Assembly: GCA_964016885.1 (NCBI GenBank)
Contig: OZ024741.1
Coordinates: forward strand, 186,000,001 to 186,064,000
Direction: 5' to 3'
DNA length: 64,000 nt
Origin: Eledone cirrhosa
Lineage: Eukaryota
The position numbers and the translations under genes are program-made. The notes beneath the pieces are model-generated. The model saw only the letters and a program-made list of their open reading frames with translations. It made no database searches and had not been told where the DNA came from. Below are positions 47,561-60,975 of this stretch, piece after piece. Numbering within the stretch: position 1 is the first letter of the stretch; the number at the start of each line of letters is the position of its first letter.

Positions 47561-50500
47561 TATTTTATGTTGGAGGTAATGCTAGTGTTGTTTGTTATTT
47601 TATGTTGGAGGTAATGCTATGTTGTTTGTTATTTTATGTTGGAGGTATTCCCTTGTTGCTTGTTATTTCGTGTTGGAGGTAATGTTAGTGTTGGTTGTTA
47701 TTTTATGTTGGAGGTGTTGTTTGTTGTTGCCAGTGTTGTTGCCAGTGTTGTTTGTTGTTTTTTGTTGTAGGTATTCCCTTGTAGTTTGTTATTTTATGTT
47801 GGAGGTAATGCTAGTGTTGTTTGTTATTTTATGTTGGAGGTAATGCTAGTGTTGTTTGTTATTTTATGTTGGAGGTAATGCTAGTGTTGTTTGTTATTTT
47901 ATGTTGGAGGTATTGCCTTGTTGTTTGTTATTTTGTGTTGGAGGTAATGCTAGTGTTGTTTGTTATTTTGTGTTGGAGGTATTGCCTTGTTGTTTGTTAT
48001 CTTGTGTTGTAGGTAATGCTAGTGTTGTTTGTTATTTTATGTTGGAGGTAATGCTAGTGTTGTTTGTTATTTTATGTTGGAGGTAATGCTAGTGTTGTTT
48101 GTTATTTTATGTTGGAGGTATTGCCTTGTTGTTTGTTATTTTGTGTTGGAGGTAATATTAGTGTTGTTTGTTATTTTATGTTGGAGGTATTGCCTTGTTG
48201 TTTGTTATTTTGTGTTGGAGGTAATGTTAGTGTTGTTTGTTATTTTATGTTGGAGGTAATGCTAGTGTTGTTTGTTATTTTATGTTGGAGGTAATGCTAG
48301 TGTTGTTTGTTATTTTATGTTGGAGGTAATGCTAGTGTTGATTGTTATTTTATGTTGGAGGTAATGCTAGTGTTGTTTGTTATTTTATGTTGGAGGTAAT
48401 GCTAGTGTTGTTTGTTATTTTTTGTTGTAGGTATTGCCTTGTTGTTTGTTATCTTGTGTTGTAGGTAATGCTAGTGTTGTTTGTTATTTTATGTTGGAGG
48501 TAATGCTAGTGTTGTTTGTTATTTTATGTTGGAGGTAATGCTAGTGTTGTTTGTTATTTTATGTTGGAGTTAATGCTAGTGTTGTTTGTTATTTTTTGTT
48601 GTAGGTATTGCCTTGTTGTTTGTTATCTTGTGTTGTAGGTAATGCTAGTGTTGTTTGTTATTTTATGTTGGAGGTAATGCTAGTGTTGTTTGTTATTTTA
48701 TGTTGGAGGTAATGCTAGTGTTGTTTGTTATTTTATGTTGGAGGTATTGCCTTGTTGTTTGTTATTTTGTGTTGGAGGTAATGTTAGTGTTGTTTGTTAT
48801 TTTATGTTGGAGGTATTGCCTTGTTGTTTGTTATTTTGTGTTGGAGGTAATGTTAGTGTTGTTTGTTATTTTATGTTGGAGGTAATGCTAGTGTTGTTTG
48901 TTATTTTATGTTGGAGGTAATGCTAGTGTTGTTTGTTATTTTATGTTGGAGGTAATGCTAGTGTTGTTTGTTATTTTATGTTGGACGTAATGCTAGTGTT
49001 GTTTGTTATTTTGTGTTTGAGGTAATGTTAGTGTTGTTTGTTATTTTAAGTTGGAGGTAATGCTAGTGTTGTTTGTTTTTTGTTTGTTGGAGGTAATGCT
49101 AGTGTTGTTTGTTATTTCGTGTTGTAGGTATTGCATTGTTGTTTGTTATTTTGTGTTGGAGGCAATGCTAGTGTTGTTTGTTATTTTATGTTGGAGGTAT
49201 TGCCTTGTTGTCTGTTATTTTATGTTGGAGGTAATGCTAGTGTTGTTTGTTATTTTGTGTTGGAGGTAATTCTAGTGTTGTTTGTTATTTTTTGTTGTAG
49301 GTATTGCCTTGTTGTTTGTTATCTTGTGTTGTAGGTAATGCTAGTGTTGTTTGTTATTTTATGTTGGAGGTAATGCTAGTGTTGTTTGTTATTTTATGTT
49401 GGAGGTATTACCTTGTTGTCTGTTATTTTGTGTTGGAGGTAATGTTAGTGTTGTTTGTTATTTTATGTTGGAGGTAATGCTAGTGTTGTTTGTTATTTTA
49501 TGTTGGAGGTAATGCTAGTGTTGTTTGTTATTTTATGTTGGAGGTAATGCTACTGTTGTTTATTGTTATGTTGGCGGTAATGCTAGTGTTGTTTGTTATT
49601 TTATGTTGGAGGTAATGCTATGTTGTTTGTTATTTCATGTTGGAGGTAATGCTAGTGTTGTTTGTTATTTTATGTTGGAGGTAATGCTAGTGTTGTTTGT
49701 TATTTTATGTTGGAGGTAATGCTATGTTGTTTGTTATTTTATGTTGGAGGTATTCCCTTGTTGCTTGTTATTTCGTGTTGGAGGTAATGTTAGTGTTGTT
49801 TGTTATTTTATGTTGGAGGTGTTGTTTGTTGTTGCCAGTGTTGTTGCCAGTGTTGTTTGTTGTTTTTTGTTGTAGGTATTCCCTTGTAGTTTGTTATTTT
49901 ATGTTGGAGGTAATGCTAGTGTTGTTTGTTATTTTATGTTGGAGGTAATGCTAGTGTTGTTTGTTATTTTATGTTGGAGGTAATGCTAGTGTTGTTTGTT
50001 ATTTTGTGTTGGAGGTATTGCCTTGTTGTTTGTTAATTTGTGTTGGAGGTAATGCTAGTGTTGTTTGTTATTTTGTGTTGGAGGTATTGCCTTGTTGTTT
50101 GTTATTTTGTGTTGGAGGTAATGTTAGTGTTGTTTGTTATTTTATGTTGGAGGTATTGCCTTGTTGTTTGTTATTTTGTGTTGGAGGTAATGTTAGTGTT
50201 GTTTGTTATTTTGTGGTGGAGGTAATGCCTTGTTGTTTGTTATTTTGTGTTGGAAGTAATGTTAGTGTTGTTTGTTATTTTGTCGTGGAGGTAATGTTAG
50301 TGTTGTTTGTTATTTTGTGTTGGAGGTAATGCTAGTGTTGTTTGTTATTTTATGTTGGAGGTAATGCTAGTGTTCTTTTTTATTTTGTGTTGGAGGTAAT
50401 GATAGTGTTGTTTGTTATTTTATGTTGGAGGTAATGTTAGTGTTGTTTGTTATTTTGTGTTGGAGGTAATGATAGTGTTGTTTGTTATTTTATGTTGGAG

Positions 50501-53500
50501 GTAATGCTAGTGTTGTTTGTTATTTTGTGTTGGAGGTAATGTTAGTGTTGTTTGTTATTTTATATTGGAGGTAATGCTAGAGTTGTTTGTTATTTTATGT
50601 TGGAGGTAATGCTAGTGTTGTTTGTTATTTTACGTTGGAGGTAATGCTAGTGTTGTTTGTTATTTTATGTTGGAGGTATTGCCTTGTCGTTTGTTATTTT
50701 GTGTTGGAGGTAATGTTAGTGTTGTTTGTTATTTTATGTTGGAGGTATTGCCTTGTTGTTTGTTATTTTGTGTTGGAGGTAATGTTAGTGTTGTTTGTTA
50801 TTTTATGTTGGAGGTAATGCTAGTGTTGTTTGTTATTTTATGTTGGAGGTAATGCTAGTGTTGTTTGTTATTTTATGTTGGAGGTAATGCTAGTGTTGTT
50901 TGTTATTTTATGTTGGAGGTAATGCTAGTGTTGTTTGTTATTTTGTGTTTGAGGTAATGTTAGTGTTGTTTGTTATTTTAAGTTGGAGGTAATGCTAGTG
51001 TTGTTTGTTTTTTGTTTGTTGGAGGTAATGCTAGTGTTGTTTGTTATTTCGTGTTGTAGGTATTGCATTGTTGTTTGTTATTTTGTGTTGGAGGCAATGC
51101 TAGTGTTGTTTGTTATTTTATGTTGGAGGTATTGCCTTGTTGTCTGTTATTTTATGTTGGAGGTAATGCTAGTGTTGTTTGTTATTTTGTGTTGGAGGTA
51201 ATTCTAGTGTTGTTTGTTATTTTTTGTTGTAGGTATTGCCTTGTTGTTTGTTATTTTGTGTTGGAGGTATTGCCTTGTTGTTTGTTATTTTGTGTTGGAG
51301 GCAATGCAAGTGTTGTTTGTTATTTTATGTTAGAGGTAATGCTAGTGTTGTTTGTTATTTTATGTTGGAGGTAATGCTAGTGTTGTTAGTTATTTTATGT
51401 TGGAGGTAATGCTAGTGGTGTTTGTTATTTTATTTTGGAGGTAATGCTAGTGTTGTTTGTTATTTTATGTTGGAGGTATTCCCTTGCTGTTTGTTATTTC
51501 GTGTTGGAGGTAATGTTAGTGTTGTTTGTTATTTTATGTTGGAGGTAATGCTAGTGTTGTTTGTTATTTTTTGTTGTAGGTATTGCTAGTGTTGTTTGTT
51601 ATTTTATGTTGGAGGTATTGCCTTGTTGTTTGTTATTTTGTGTTGGAGGTATTCCCTTCTTGTTTGTTATTTCGTGTTGGAGGTAATGTTAGTTTTGTTT
51701 CTTATTTTATGTTGGAGGTATTGCCTTGTTGTTTGTTATTTCGTGTTTGAAGTAATGCTAGTGTTGTTTGTTATTTTTTGTTGTAGGTCTTGCCTTGTTG
51801 TTTGTTATTTTATGTTGGAGGTAATGCTAGTGTTGTTTGTTATTTTATGTTGGAGGTAATGCTAGTGTTGTTTTTTATTTTATGTTGGAGGTAATGCTAG
51901 TGTTGTTTGTTATTTTATGTTGGAGGTAATGTTAGTGTTGTTTGTTATTTTATGTTGGAGGTAATGCTAGTGTTGTTTGTTATTTTATGTTGGGGGTAAT
52001 GCTATGTTGTTTGTTATTTTATGTTGGGTGTAATGCTAGTATTGTTTGTTATTATATGTTGGAGGTAATGCTAGTGTTGTTTGTTATTTTATGTTGGAGG
52101 TAATGCTAGTGTTGTTTGTTATTTTTTGTTGTAGGTATTGCCTTGTTGTTTGTTATCTTGTGTTGTAGGTAATGCTAGTGTTGTTTGTTATTTTATGTTG
52201 GAGGTAATGCTAGTGTTGTTTGTTATTTTATGTTGGAGGTAATGCTAGTGTTGTTTGTTATCTTATGTTGGAGTTAATGCTAGTGTTGTTTGTTATTTTT
52301 TGTTGTAGGTATTGCCTTGTTGTTTGTTATCTTGTGTTGTAGGTAATGCTAGTGTTGTTTGTTATTTTATGTTGGAGGTAATGCTAGTGTTGTTTGTTAT
52401 TTTATGTTGGAGGTAATGCTAGTGTTGTTTGTTATTTTATGTTGGAGGTAATGCTATGTTGTTTGTTATTTTATGTTGGAGGTATTCCCTTGTTGCTTGT
52501 TATTTCGTGTTGGAGGTAATGTTAGTGTTGGTTGTTATTTTATGTTGGAGGTGTTGTTTGTTGTTGCCAGTGTTGTTGCCAGTGTTGTTTGTTGTTTTTT
52601 GTTGTAGGTATTCCCTTGTAGTTTGTTATTTTATGTTGGAGGTAATGCTAGTGTTGTTTGTTATTTTATGTTGGAGGTAATGCTAGTGTTGTTTGTTATT
52701 TTATGTTGGAGGTAATGCTAGTGTTGTTTGTTATTTTATGTTGGAGGTATTGCCTTGTTGTTTGTTATTTTGTGTTGGAGGTAATGCTAGTGTTGTTTGT
52801 TATTTTGTGTTGGAGGTATTGCCTTGTTGTTTGTTATCTTGTGTTGTAGGTAATGCTAGTGTTGTTTGTTATTTTATGTTGGAGGTAATGCTAGTGTTGT
52901 TTGTTATTTTATGTTGGAGGTAATGCTAGTGTTGTTTGTTATTTTATGTTGGAGGTATTGCCTTGTTGTTTGTTATTTTGTGTTGGAGGTAATATTAGTG
53001 TTGTTTGTTATTTTATGTTGGAGGTATTGCCTTGTTGTTTGTTATTTTGTGTTGGAGGTAATGTTAGTGTTGTTTGTTATTTTATGTTGGAGGTAATGCT
53101 AGTGTTGTTTGTTATTTTATGTTGGAGGTAATGCTAGTGTTGTTTGTTATTTTATGTTGGAGGTAATGCTAGTGTTGATTGTTATTTTATGTTGGAGGTA
53201 ATGCTAGTGTTGTTTGTTATTTTATGTTGGAGGTAATGCTAGTGTTGTTTGTTATTTTTTGTTGTAGGTATTGCCTTGTTGTTTGTTATCTTGTGTTGTA
53301 GGTAATGCTAGTGTTGTTTGTTATTTTATGTTGGAGGTAATGCTAGTGTTGTTTGTTATTTTATGTTGGAGGTAATGCTAGTGTTGTTTGTTATTTTATG
53401 TTGGAGTTAATGCTAGTGTTGTTTGTTATTTTTTGTTGTAGGTATTGCCTTGTTGTTTGTTATCTTGTGTTGTAGGTAATGCTAGTGTTGTTTGTTATTT

Positions 53501-55450
53501 TATGTTGGAGGTAATGCTAGTGTTGTTTGTTATTTTATGTTGGAGGTAATGCTAGTGTTGTTTGTTATTTTATGTTGGAGGTATTGCCTTGTTGTTTGTT
53601 ATTTTGTGTTGGAGGTAATGTTAGTGTTGTTTGTTATTTTATGTTGGAGGTATTGCCTTGTTGTTTGTTATTTTGTGTTGGAGGTAATGTTAGTGTTGTT
53701 TGTTATTTTATGTTGGAGGTAATGCTAGTGTTGTTTGTTATTTTATGTTGGAGGTAATGCTAGTGTTGTTTGTTATTTTATGTTGGAGGTAATGCTAGTG
53801 TTGTTTGTTATTTTATGTTGGAGGTAATGCTAGTGTTGTTTGTTATTTTGTGTTTGAGGTAATGTTAGTGTTGTTTGTTATTTTAAGTTGGAGGTAATGC
53901 TAGTGTTGTTTGTTTTTTGTTTGTTGGAGGTAATGCTAGTGTTGTTTGTTATTTCGTGTTGTAGGTATTGCATTGTTGTTTGTTATTTTGTGTTGGAGGC
54001 AATGCTAGTGTTGTTTGTTATTTTATGTTGGAGGTATTGCCTTGTTGTCTGTTATTTTATGTTGGAGGTAATGCTAGTGTTGTTTGTTATTTTGTGTTGG
54101 AGGTAATTCTAGTGTTGTTTGTTATTTTTTGTTGTAGGTATTGCCTTGTTGTTTGTTATCTTGTGTTGTAGGTAATGCTAGTGTTGTTTGTTATTTTATG
54201 TTGGAGGTAATGCTAGTGTTGTTTGTTATTTTATGTTGGAGGTATTACCTTGTTGTCTGTTATTTTGTGTTGGAGGTAATGTTAGTGTTGTTTGTTATTT
54301 TATGTTGGAGGTAATGCTAGTGTTGTTTGTTATTTTATGTTGGAGGTAATGCTAGTGTTGTTTGTTATTTTATGTTGGAGGTAATGCTACTGTTGTTTAT
54401 TGTTATGTTGGCGGTAATGCTAGTGTTGTTTGTTATTTTATGTTGGAGGTAATGCTATGTTGTTTGTTATTTCATGTTGGAGGTAATGCTAGTGTTGTTT
54501 GTTATTTTATGTTGGAGGTAATGCTAGTGTTGTTTGTTATTTTATGTTGGAGGTAATGCTATGTTGTTTGTTATTTTATGTTGGAGGTATTCCCTTGTTG
54601 CTTGTTATTTCGTGTTGGAGGTAATGTTAGTGTTGTTTGTTATTTTATGTTGGAGGTGTTGTTTGTTGTTGCCAGTGTTGTTGCCAGTGTTGTTTGTTGT
54701 TTTTTGTTGTAGGTATTCCCTTGTAGTTTGTTATTTTATGTTGGAGGTAATGCTAGTGTTGTTTGTTATTTTATGTTGGAGGTAATGCTAGTGTTGTTTG
54801 TTATTTTATGTTGGAGGTAATGCTAGTGTTGTTTGTTATTTTGTGTTGGAGGTATTGCCTTGTTGTTTGTTAATTTGTGTTGGAGGTAATGCTAGTGTTG
54901 TTTGTTATTTTGTGTTGGAGGTATTGCCTTGTTGTTTGTTATTTTGTGTTGGAGGTAATGTTAGTGTTGTTTGTTATTTTATGTTGGAGGTATTGCCTTG
55001 TTGTTTGTTATTTTGTGTTGGAGGTAATGTTAGTGTTGTTTGTTATTTTGTGGTGGAGGTAATGCCTTGTTGTTTGTTATTTTGTGTTGGAAGTAATGTT
55101 AGTGTTGTTTGTTATTTTGTCGTGGAGGTAATGTTAGTGTTGTTTGTTATTTTGTGTTGGAGGTAATGCTAGTGTTGTTTGTTATTTTATGTTGGAGGTA
55201 ATGCTAGTGTTCTTTTTTATTTTGTGTTGGAGGTAATGATAGTGTTGTTTGTTATTTTATGTTGGAGGTAATGTTAGTGTTGTTTGTTATTTTGTGTTGG
55301 AGGTAATGATAGTGTTGTTTGTTATTTTATGTTGGAGGTAATGCTAGTGTTGTTTGTTATTTTGTGTTGGAGGTAATGTTAGTGTTGTTTGTTATTTTAT
55401 ATTGGAGGTAATGCTAGAGTTGTTTGTTATTTTATGTTGGAGGTAATGCT
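45740..55450 (+). repeat. Tandem duplication of a 4837-bp unit (about 45740-50590 and about 50590-55450)
   Basis: ORF twins 45785/50622, 46759/51596, 47592/52429 and 49961/54798. Private markers ccttgtcgt, cccttctt and aggtcttg are shared. Confidence 0.93.
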
Positions 55451-58400
55451 AGTGTTGTTTTTTATTTTGTTTTGGAGGTAATGCCTTGTTGTTTGTTATT
55501 TTTTGTTTGCGGTAATGTTAGTGTTGTTTGTTATTTTGTGTTGTAGGTAATGCTAGTGTTGTTTGTTATTTTGTGTTGGAGGTAATGCTAGTGTTGTTTG
55601 TTGTTTTGTGTTGTAGGTAATGCTAGTGTTGTTTGTTATTTTGCGTTGGAGGTAATGTTAGTGTTGTTTGTTATTTTATGTTGGAGGTATTGCCTTGTTG
55701 TTTGTTATTTTGTGTTGGAGGTAATGTTAGTGTTGTTTGTTATTTTATGTTGGAGGTATTGCCTTGTTGTTTGTTATTTTGTGTTGGAGGTAATGTTAGT
55801 GTTGTTTGTTATTTTATGTTGGAGGTAATGCTAGTGTTGTTTGTTATTTTATGTTGGAGGTAATGCTAGTGTTGTTTGTTATTTTATGTTGGAGGTAATG
55901 CTAGTGTTGTTTGTTATTTTATGTTAGAGGTAATGCTAGTGTTGTTTGTTATTTTGTGTTTGAGGTAATGTTAGTGTTGTTTGTTATTTTAAGTTGGAGG
56001 TAATGCTAGTGTTGTTTGTTTTTTGTTTGTTGGAGGTAATGCTAGTGTTGTTTGTTATTTCGTGTTGTAGGTATTGCATTGTTGTTTGTTATTTTGTGTT
56101 GGAGGCAATGCTAGTGTTGTTTGTTATTTTATGTTGGAGGTATTGCCTTGTTGTCTGTTATGTTATGTTGGCGGTAATGCTAGTGTTGTTTGTTATTTTG
56201 TGTTGGAGGTAATGCTAGTGTTGTTTGTTATTTTTTGTTGTAGGTATTGCCTTGTTGTTTGTTATCTTGTGTTGTAGGTAATGCTAGTGTTGTTTGTTAT
56301 TTTATGTTGGAGGTAATGCTAGTGTTGTTTGTTATTTTATGTTGGAGGTATTACCTTGTTGTCTGTTATTTTGTGTTGAAGGTAATGTTAGTGTTGTTTG
56401 TTATTTTATGTTGGAGGTAATGCTAGTGTTGTTTGTTATTTTATGTTGGAGGTAATGCTAGTGTTGTTTGTTATTTTATGTTGGAGGTATTGCCTTGTTG
56501 TTTGTTATTTTGTGTTGGAGGTAATGCTAGTGTTGTTTGTTATTTTGTGTTGGAGGTATTGCCTTGTTGTTTGTTATTTTGTGTTGGAGGTAATGTTAGT
56601 GTTGTTTGTTATTTTATGTTGGAGGTATTGCCTTGTTGTTTGTTATTTTGTGTTGGAGGTAATGTTAGTGTTGTTTGTTATTTTGTGGTGGATGTAATGC
56701 CTTGTTGTTTGTTATTTTGTGTTGGAAGTAATGTTAGTGTTGTTTGTTATTTTGTCGTGGAGGTAACGTTAGTGTTGTTTGTTATTTTGTGTTGGAGGTA
56801 ATGCTAGTGTTGTTTGTCATTTTATGTTGGAGGTAATGCTAGTGTTGTTTTTTATTTTATGTTGGAGGTATTGCCTTGTTGTTTGTTATTTTGTGTTGGA
56901 GGTAATGCTAGTGTTGTTTGTTATTTTGTGTTGGAGGTATTGCCTTGTTGTTTGTTATCTTGTGTTGTAGGTAATGCTAGTGTTGTTTGTTATTTTATGT
57001 TGGAGGTAATGCTAGTGTTGTTTGTTATTTTATGTTGGAGGTAATGCTAGTGTTGTTTGTTATTTTATGTTGGAGGTATTGCCTTGTTGTTTGTTATTTT
57101 GTGTTGGAGGTAATATTAGTGTTGTTTGTTATTTTATGTTGGAGGTATTGCCTTGTTGTTTGTTATTTTGTGTTGGAGGTAATGTTAGTGTTGTTTGTTA
57201 TTTTATGTTGGAGGTAATGCTAGTGTTGTTTGTTATTTTATGTTGGAGGTAATGCTAGTGTTGTTTGTTATTTTATGTTGGAGGTAATGCTAGTGTTGAT
57301 TGTTATTTTATGTTGGAGGTAATGCTAGTGTTGTTTGTTATTTTATGTTGGAGGTAATGCTAGTGTTGTTTGTTATTTTTTGTTGTAGGTATTGCCTTGT
57401 TGTTTGTTATCTTGTGTTGTAGGTAATGCTAGTGTTGTTTGTTATTTTATGTTGGAGGTAATGCTAGTGTTGTTTGTTATTTTATGTTGGAGGTAATGCT
57501 AGTGTTGTTTGTTATTTTATGTTGGAGTTAATGCTAGTGTTGTTTGTTATTTTTTGTTGTAGGTATTGCCTTGTTGTTTGTTATCTTGTGTTGTAGGTAA
57601 TGCTAGTGTTGTTTGTTATTTTATGTTGGAGGTAATGCTAGTGTTGTTTGTTATTTTATGTTGGAGGTAATGCTAGTGTTGTTTGTTATTTTATGTTGGA
57701 GGTATTGCCTTGTTGTTTGTTATTTTGTGTTGGAGGTAATGTTAGTGTTGTTTGTTATTTTATGTTGGAGGTATTGCCTTGTTGTTTGTTATTTTGTGTT
57801 GGAGGTAATGTTAGTGTTGTTTGTTATTTTATGTTGGAGGTAATGCTAGTGTTGTTTGTTATTTTATGTTGGAGGTAATGCTAGTGTTGTTTGTTATTTT
57901 ATGTTGGAGGTAATGCTAGTGTTGTTTGTTATTTTATGTTGGAGGTAATGCTAGTGTTGTTTGTTATTTTGTGTTTGAGGTAATGTTAGTGTTGTTTGTT
58001 ATTTTAAGTTGGAGGTAATGCTAGTGTTGTTTGTTTTTTGTTTGTTGGAGGTAATGCTAGTGTTGTTTGTTATTTCGTGTTGTAGGTATTGCATTGTTGT
58101 TTGTTATTTTGTGTTGGAGGCAATGCTAGTGTTGTTTGTTATTTTATGTTGGAGGTATTGCCTTGTTGTCTGTTATTTTATGTTGGAGGTAATGCTAGTG
58201 TTGTTTGTTATTTTGTGTTGGAGGTAATTCTAGTGTTGTTTGTTATTTTTTGTTGTAGGTATTGCCTTGTTGTTTGTTATCTTGTGTTGTAGGCAATGCT
58301 AGTGTTGTTTGTTATTTTATGTTGGAGGTAATGCTAGTGTTGTTTGTTATTTTATGTTGGAGGTATTACCTTGTTGTCTGTTATTTTGTGTTGGAGGTAA

Positions 58401-60975
58401 TGTTAGTGTTGTTTGTTATTTTATGTTGGAGGTAATGCTAGTGTTGTTTGTTTTTTTATGTTGGAGGTAATGCTAGTGTTGTTTGTTATTTTATGTTGGA
58501 GGTAATGCTACTGTTGTTTATTGTTATGTTGGCGGTAATGCTAGTGTTGTTTGTTATTTTATGTTGGAGGTAATGCTATGTTGTTTGTTATTTCATGTTG
58601 GAGGTAATGCTAGTGTTGTTTGTTATTTTATGTTGGAGGTAATGCTAGTGTTGTTTGTTATTTTATGTTGGAGGTAATGCTATGTTGTTTGTTATTTTAT
58701 GTTGGAGGTATTCCCTTGTTGCTTGTTATTTCGTGTTGGAGGTAATGTTAGTGTTGTTTGTTATTTTATGTTGGAGGTGTTGTTTGTTGTTGCCAGTGTT
58801 GTTGCCAGTGTTGTTTGTTGTTTTTTGTTGTAGGTATTCCCTTGTAGTTTGTTATTTTATGTTGGAGGTAATGCTAGTGTTGTTTGTTATTTTATGTTGG
58901 AGGTAATGCTAGTGTTGTTTGTTATTTTATGTTGGAGGTAATGCTAGTGTTGTTTGTTATTTTGTGTTGGAGGTATTGCCTTGTTGTTTGTTAATTTGTG
59001 TTGGAGGTAATGCTAGTGTTGTTTGTTATTTTGTGTTGGAGGTATTGCCTTGTTGTTTGTTATTTTGTGTTGGAGGTAATGTTAGTGTTGTTTGTTATTT
59101 TATGTTGGAGGTATTGCCTTGTTGTTTGTTATTTTGTGTTGGAGGTAATGTTAGTGTTGTTTGTTATTTTGTGGTGGAGGTAATGCCTTGTTGTTTGTTA
59201 TTTTGTGTTGGAAGTAATGTTAGTGTTGTTTGTTATTTTGTCGTGGAGGTAATGTTAGTGTTGTTTGTTATTTTGTGTTGGAGGTAATGCTAGTGTTGTT
59301 TGTTATTTTATGTTGGAGGTAATGCTAGTGTTCTTTTTTATTTTGTGTTGGAGGTAATGATAGTGTTGTTTGTTATTTTATGTTGGAGGTAATGTTAGTG
59401 TTGTTTGTTATTTTGTGTTGGAGGTAATGATAGTGTTGTTTGTTATTTTATGTTGGAGGTAATGCTAGTGTTGTTTGTTATTTTGTGTTGGAGGTAATGT
59501 TAGTGTTGTTTGTTATTTTATATTGGAGGTAATGCTAGAGTTGTTTGTTATTTTATGTTGGAGGTAATGCTAGTGTTGTTTTTTATTTTGTTTTGGAGGT
59601 AATGCCTTGTTGTTTGTTATTTTTTGTTTGCGGTAATGTTAGTGTTGTTTGTTATTTTGTGTTGTAGGTAATGCTAGTGTTGTTTGTTATTTTGTGTTGG
59701 AGGTAATGCTAGTGTTGTTTGTTGTTTTGTGTTGTAGGTAATGCTAGTGTTGTTTGTTATTTTGCGTTGGAGGTAATGTTAGTGTTGTTTGTTATTTTAT
59801 GTTGGAGGTATTGCCTTGTTGTTTGTTATTTTGTGTTGGAGGTAATGTTAGTGTTGTTTGTTATTTTATGTTGGAGGTATTGCCTTGTTGTTTGTTATTT
59901 TGTGTTGGAGGTAATGTTAGTGTTGTTTGTTATTTTATGTTGGAGGTAATGCTAGTGTTGTTTGTTATTTTATGTTGGAGGTAATGCTAGTGTTGTTTGT
60001 TATTTTATGTTGGAGGTAATGCTAGTGTTGTTTGTTATTTTATGTTAGAGGTAATGCTAGTGTTGTTTGTTATTTTGTGTTTGAGGTAATGTTAGTGTTG
60101 TTTGTTATTTTAAGTTGGAGGTAATGCTAGTGTTGTTTGTTTTTTGTTTGTTGGAGGTAATGCTAGTGTTGTTTGTTATTTCGTGTTGTAGGTATTGCAT
60201 TGTTGTTTGTTATTTTGTGTTGGAGGCAATGCTAGTGTTGTTTGTTATTTTATGTTGGAGGTATTGCCTTGTTGTCTGTTATTTTATGTTGGCGGTAATG
60301 CTAGTGTTGTTTGTTATTTTGTGTTGGAGGTAATGCTAGTGTTGTTTGTTATTTTTTGTTGTAGGTATTGCCTTGTTGTTTGTTATCTTGTGTTGTAGGT
60401 AATGCTAGTGTTGTTTGTTATTTTATGTTGGAGGTAATGCTAGTGTTGTTTGTTATTTTATGTTGGAGGTATTACCTTGTTGTCTGTTATTTTGTGTTGA
60501 AGGTAATGTTAGTGTTGTTTGTTATTTTATGTTGGAGGTAATGCTAGTGTTGTTTGTTATTTTATGTTGGAGGTAATGCTAGTGTTGTTTGTTATTTTAT
60601 GTTGGAGGTATTGCCTTGTTGTTTGTTATTTTGTGTTGGAGGTAATGCTAGTGTTGTTTGTTATTTTGTGTTGGAGGTATTGCCTTGTTGTTTGTTATTT
60701 TGTGTTGGAGGTAATGTTAGTGTTGTTTGTTATTTTATGTTGGAGGTATTGCCTTGTTGTTTGTTATTTTGTGTTGGAGGTAATGTTAGTGTTGTTTGTT
60801 ATTTTGTGGTGGATGTAATGCCTTGTTGTTTGTTATTTTGTGTTGGAAGTAATGTTAGTGTTGTTTGTTATTTTGTCGTGGAGGTAATGTTAGTGTTGTT
60901 TGTTATTTTGTGTTGGAGGTAATGCTAGTGTTGTTTGTCATTTTATGTTGGAGGTAATGCTAGTGTTGTTTTTTA
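52730..60975 (+). repeat. Tandem duplication of a 4121-bp unit (about 52730-56850 and about 56850-60975)
   Basis: ORF twins 52866/56987, 54534/58655, 55598/59719 and 56398/60519. Confidence 0.92.
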
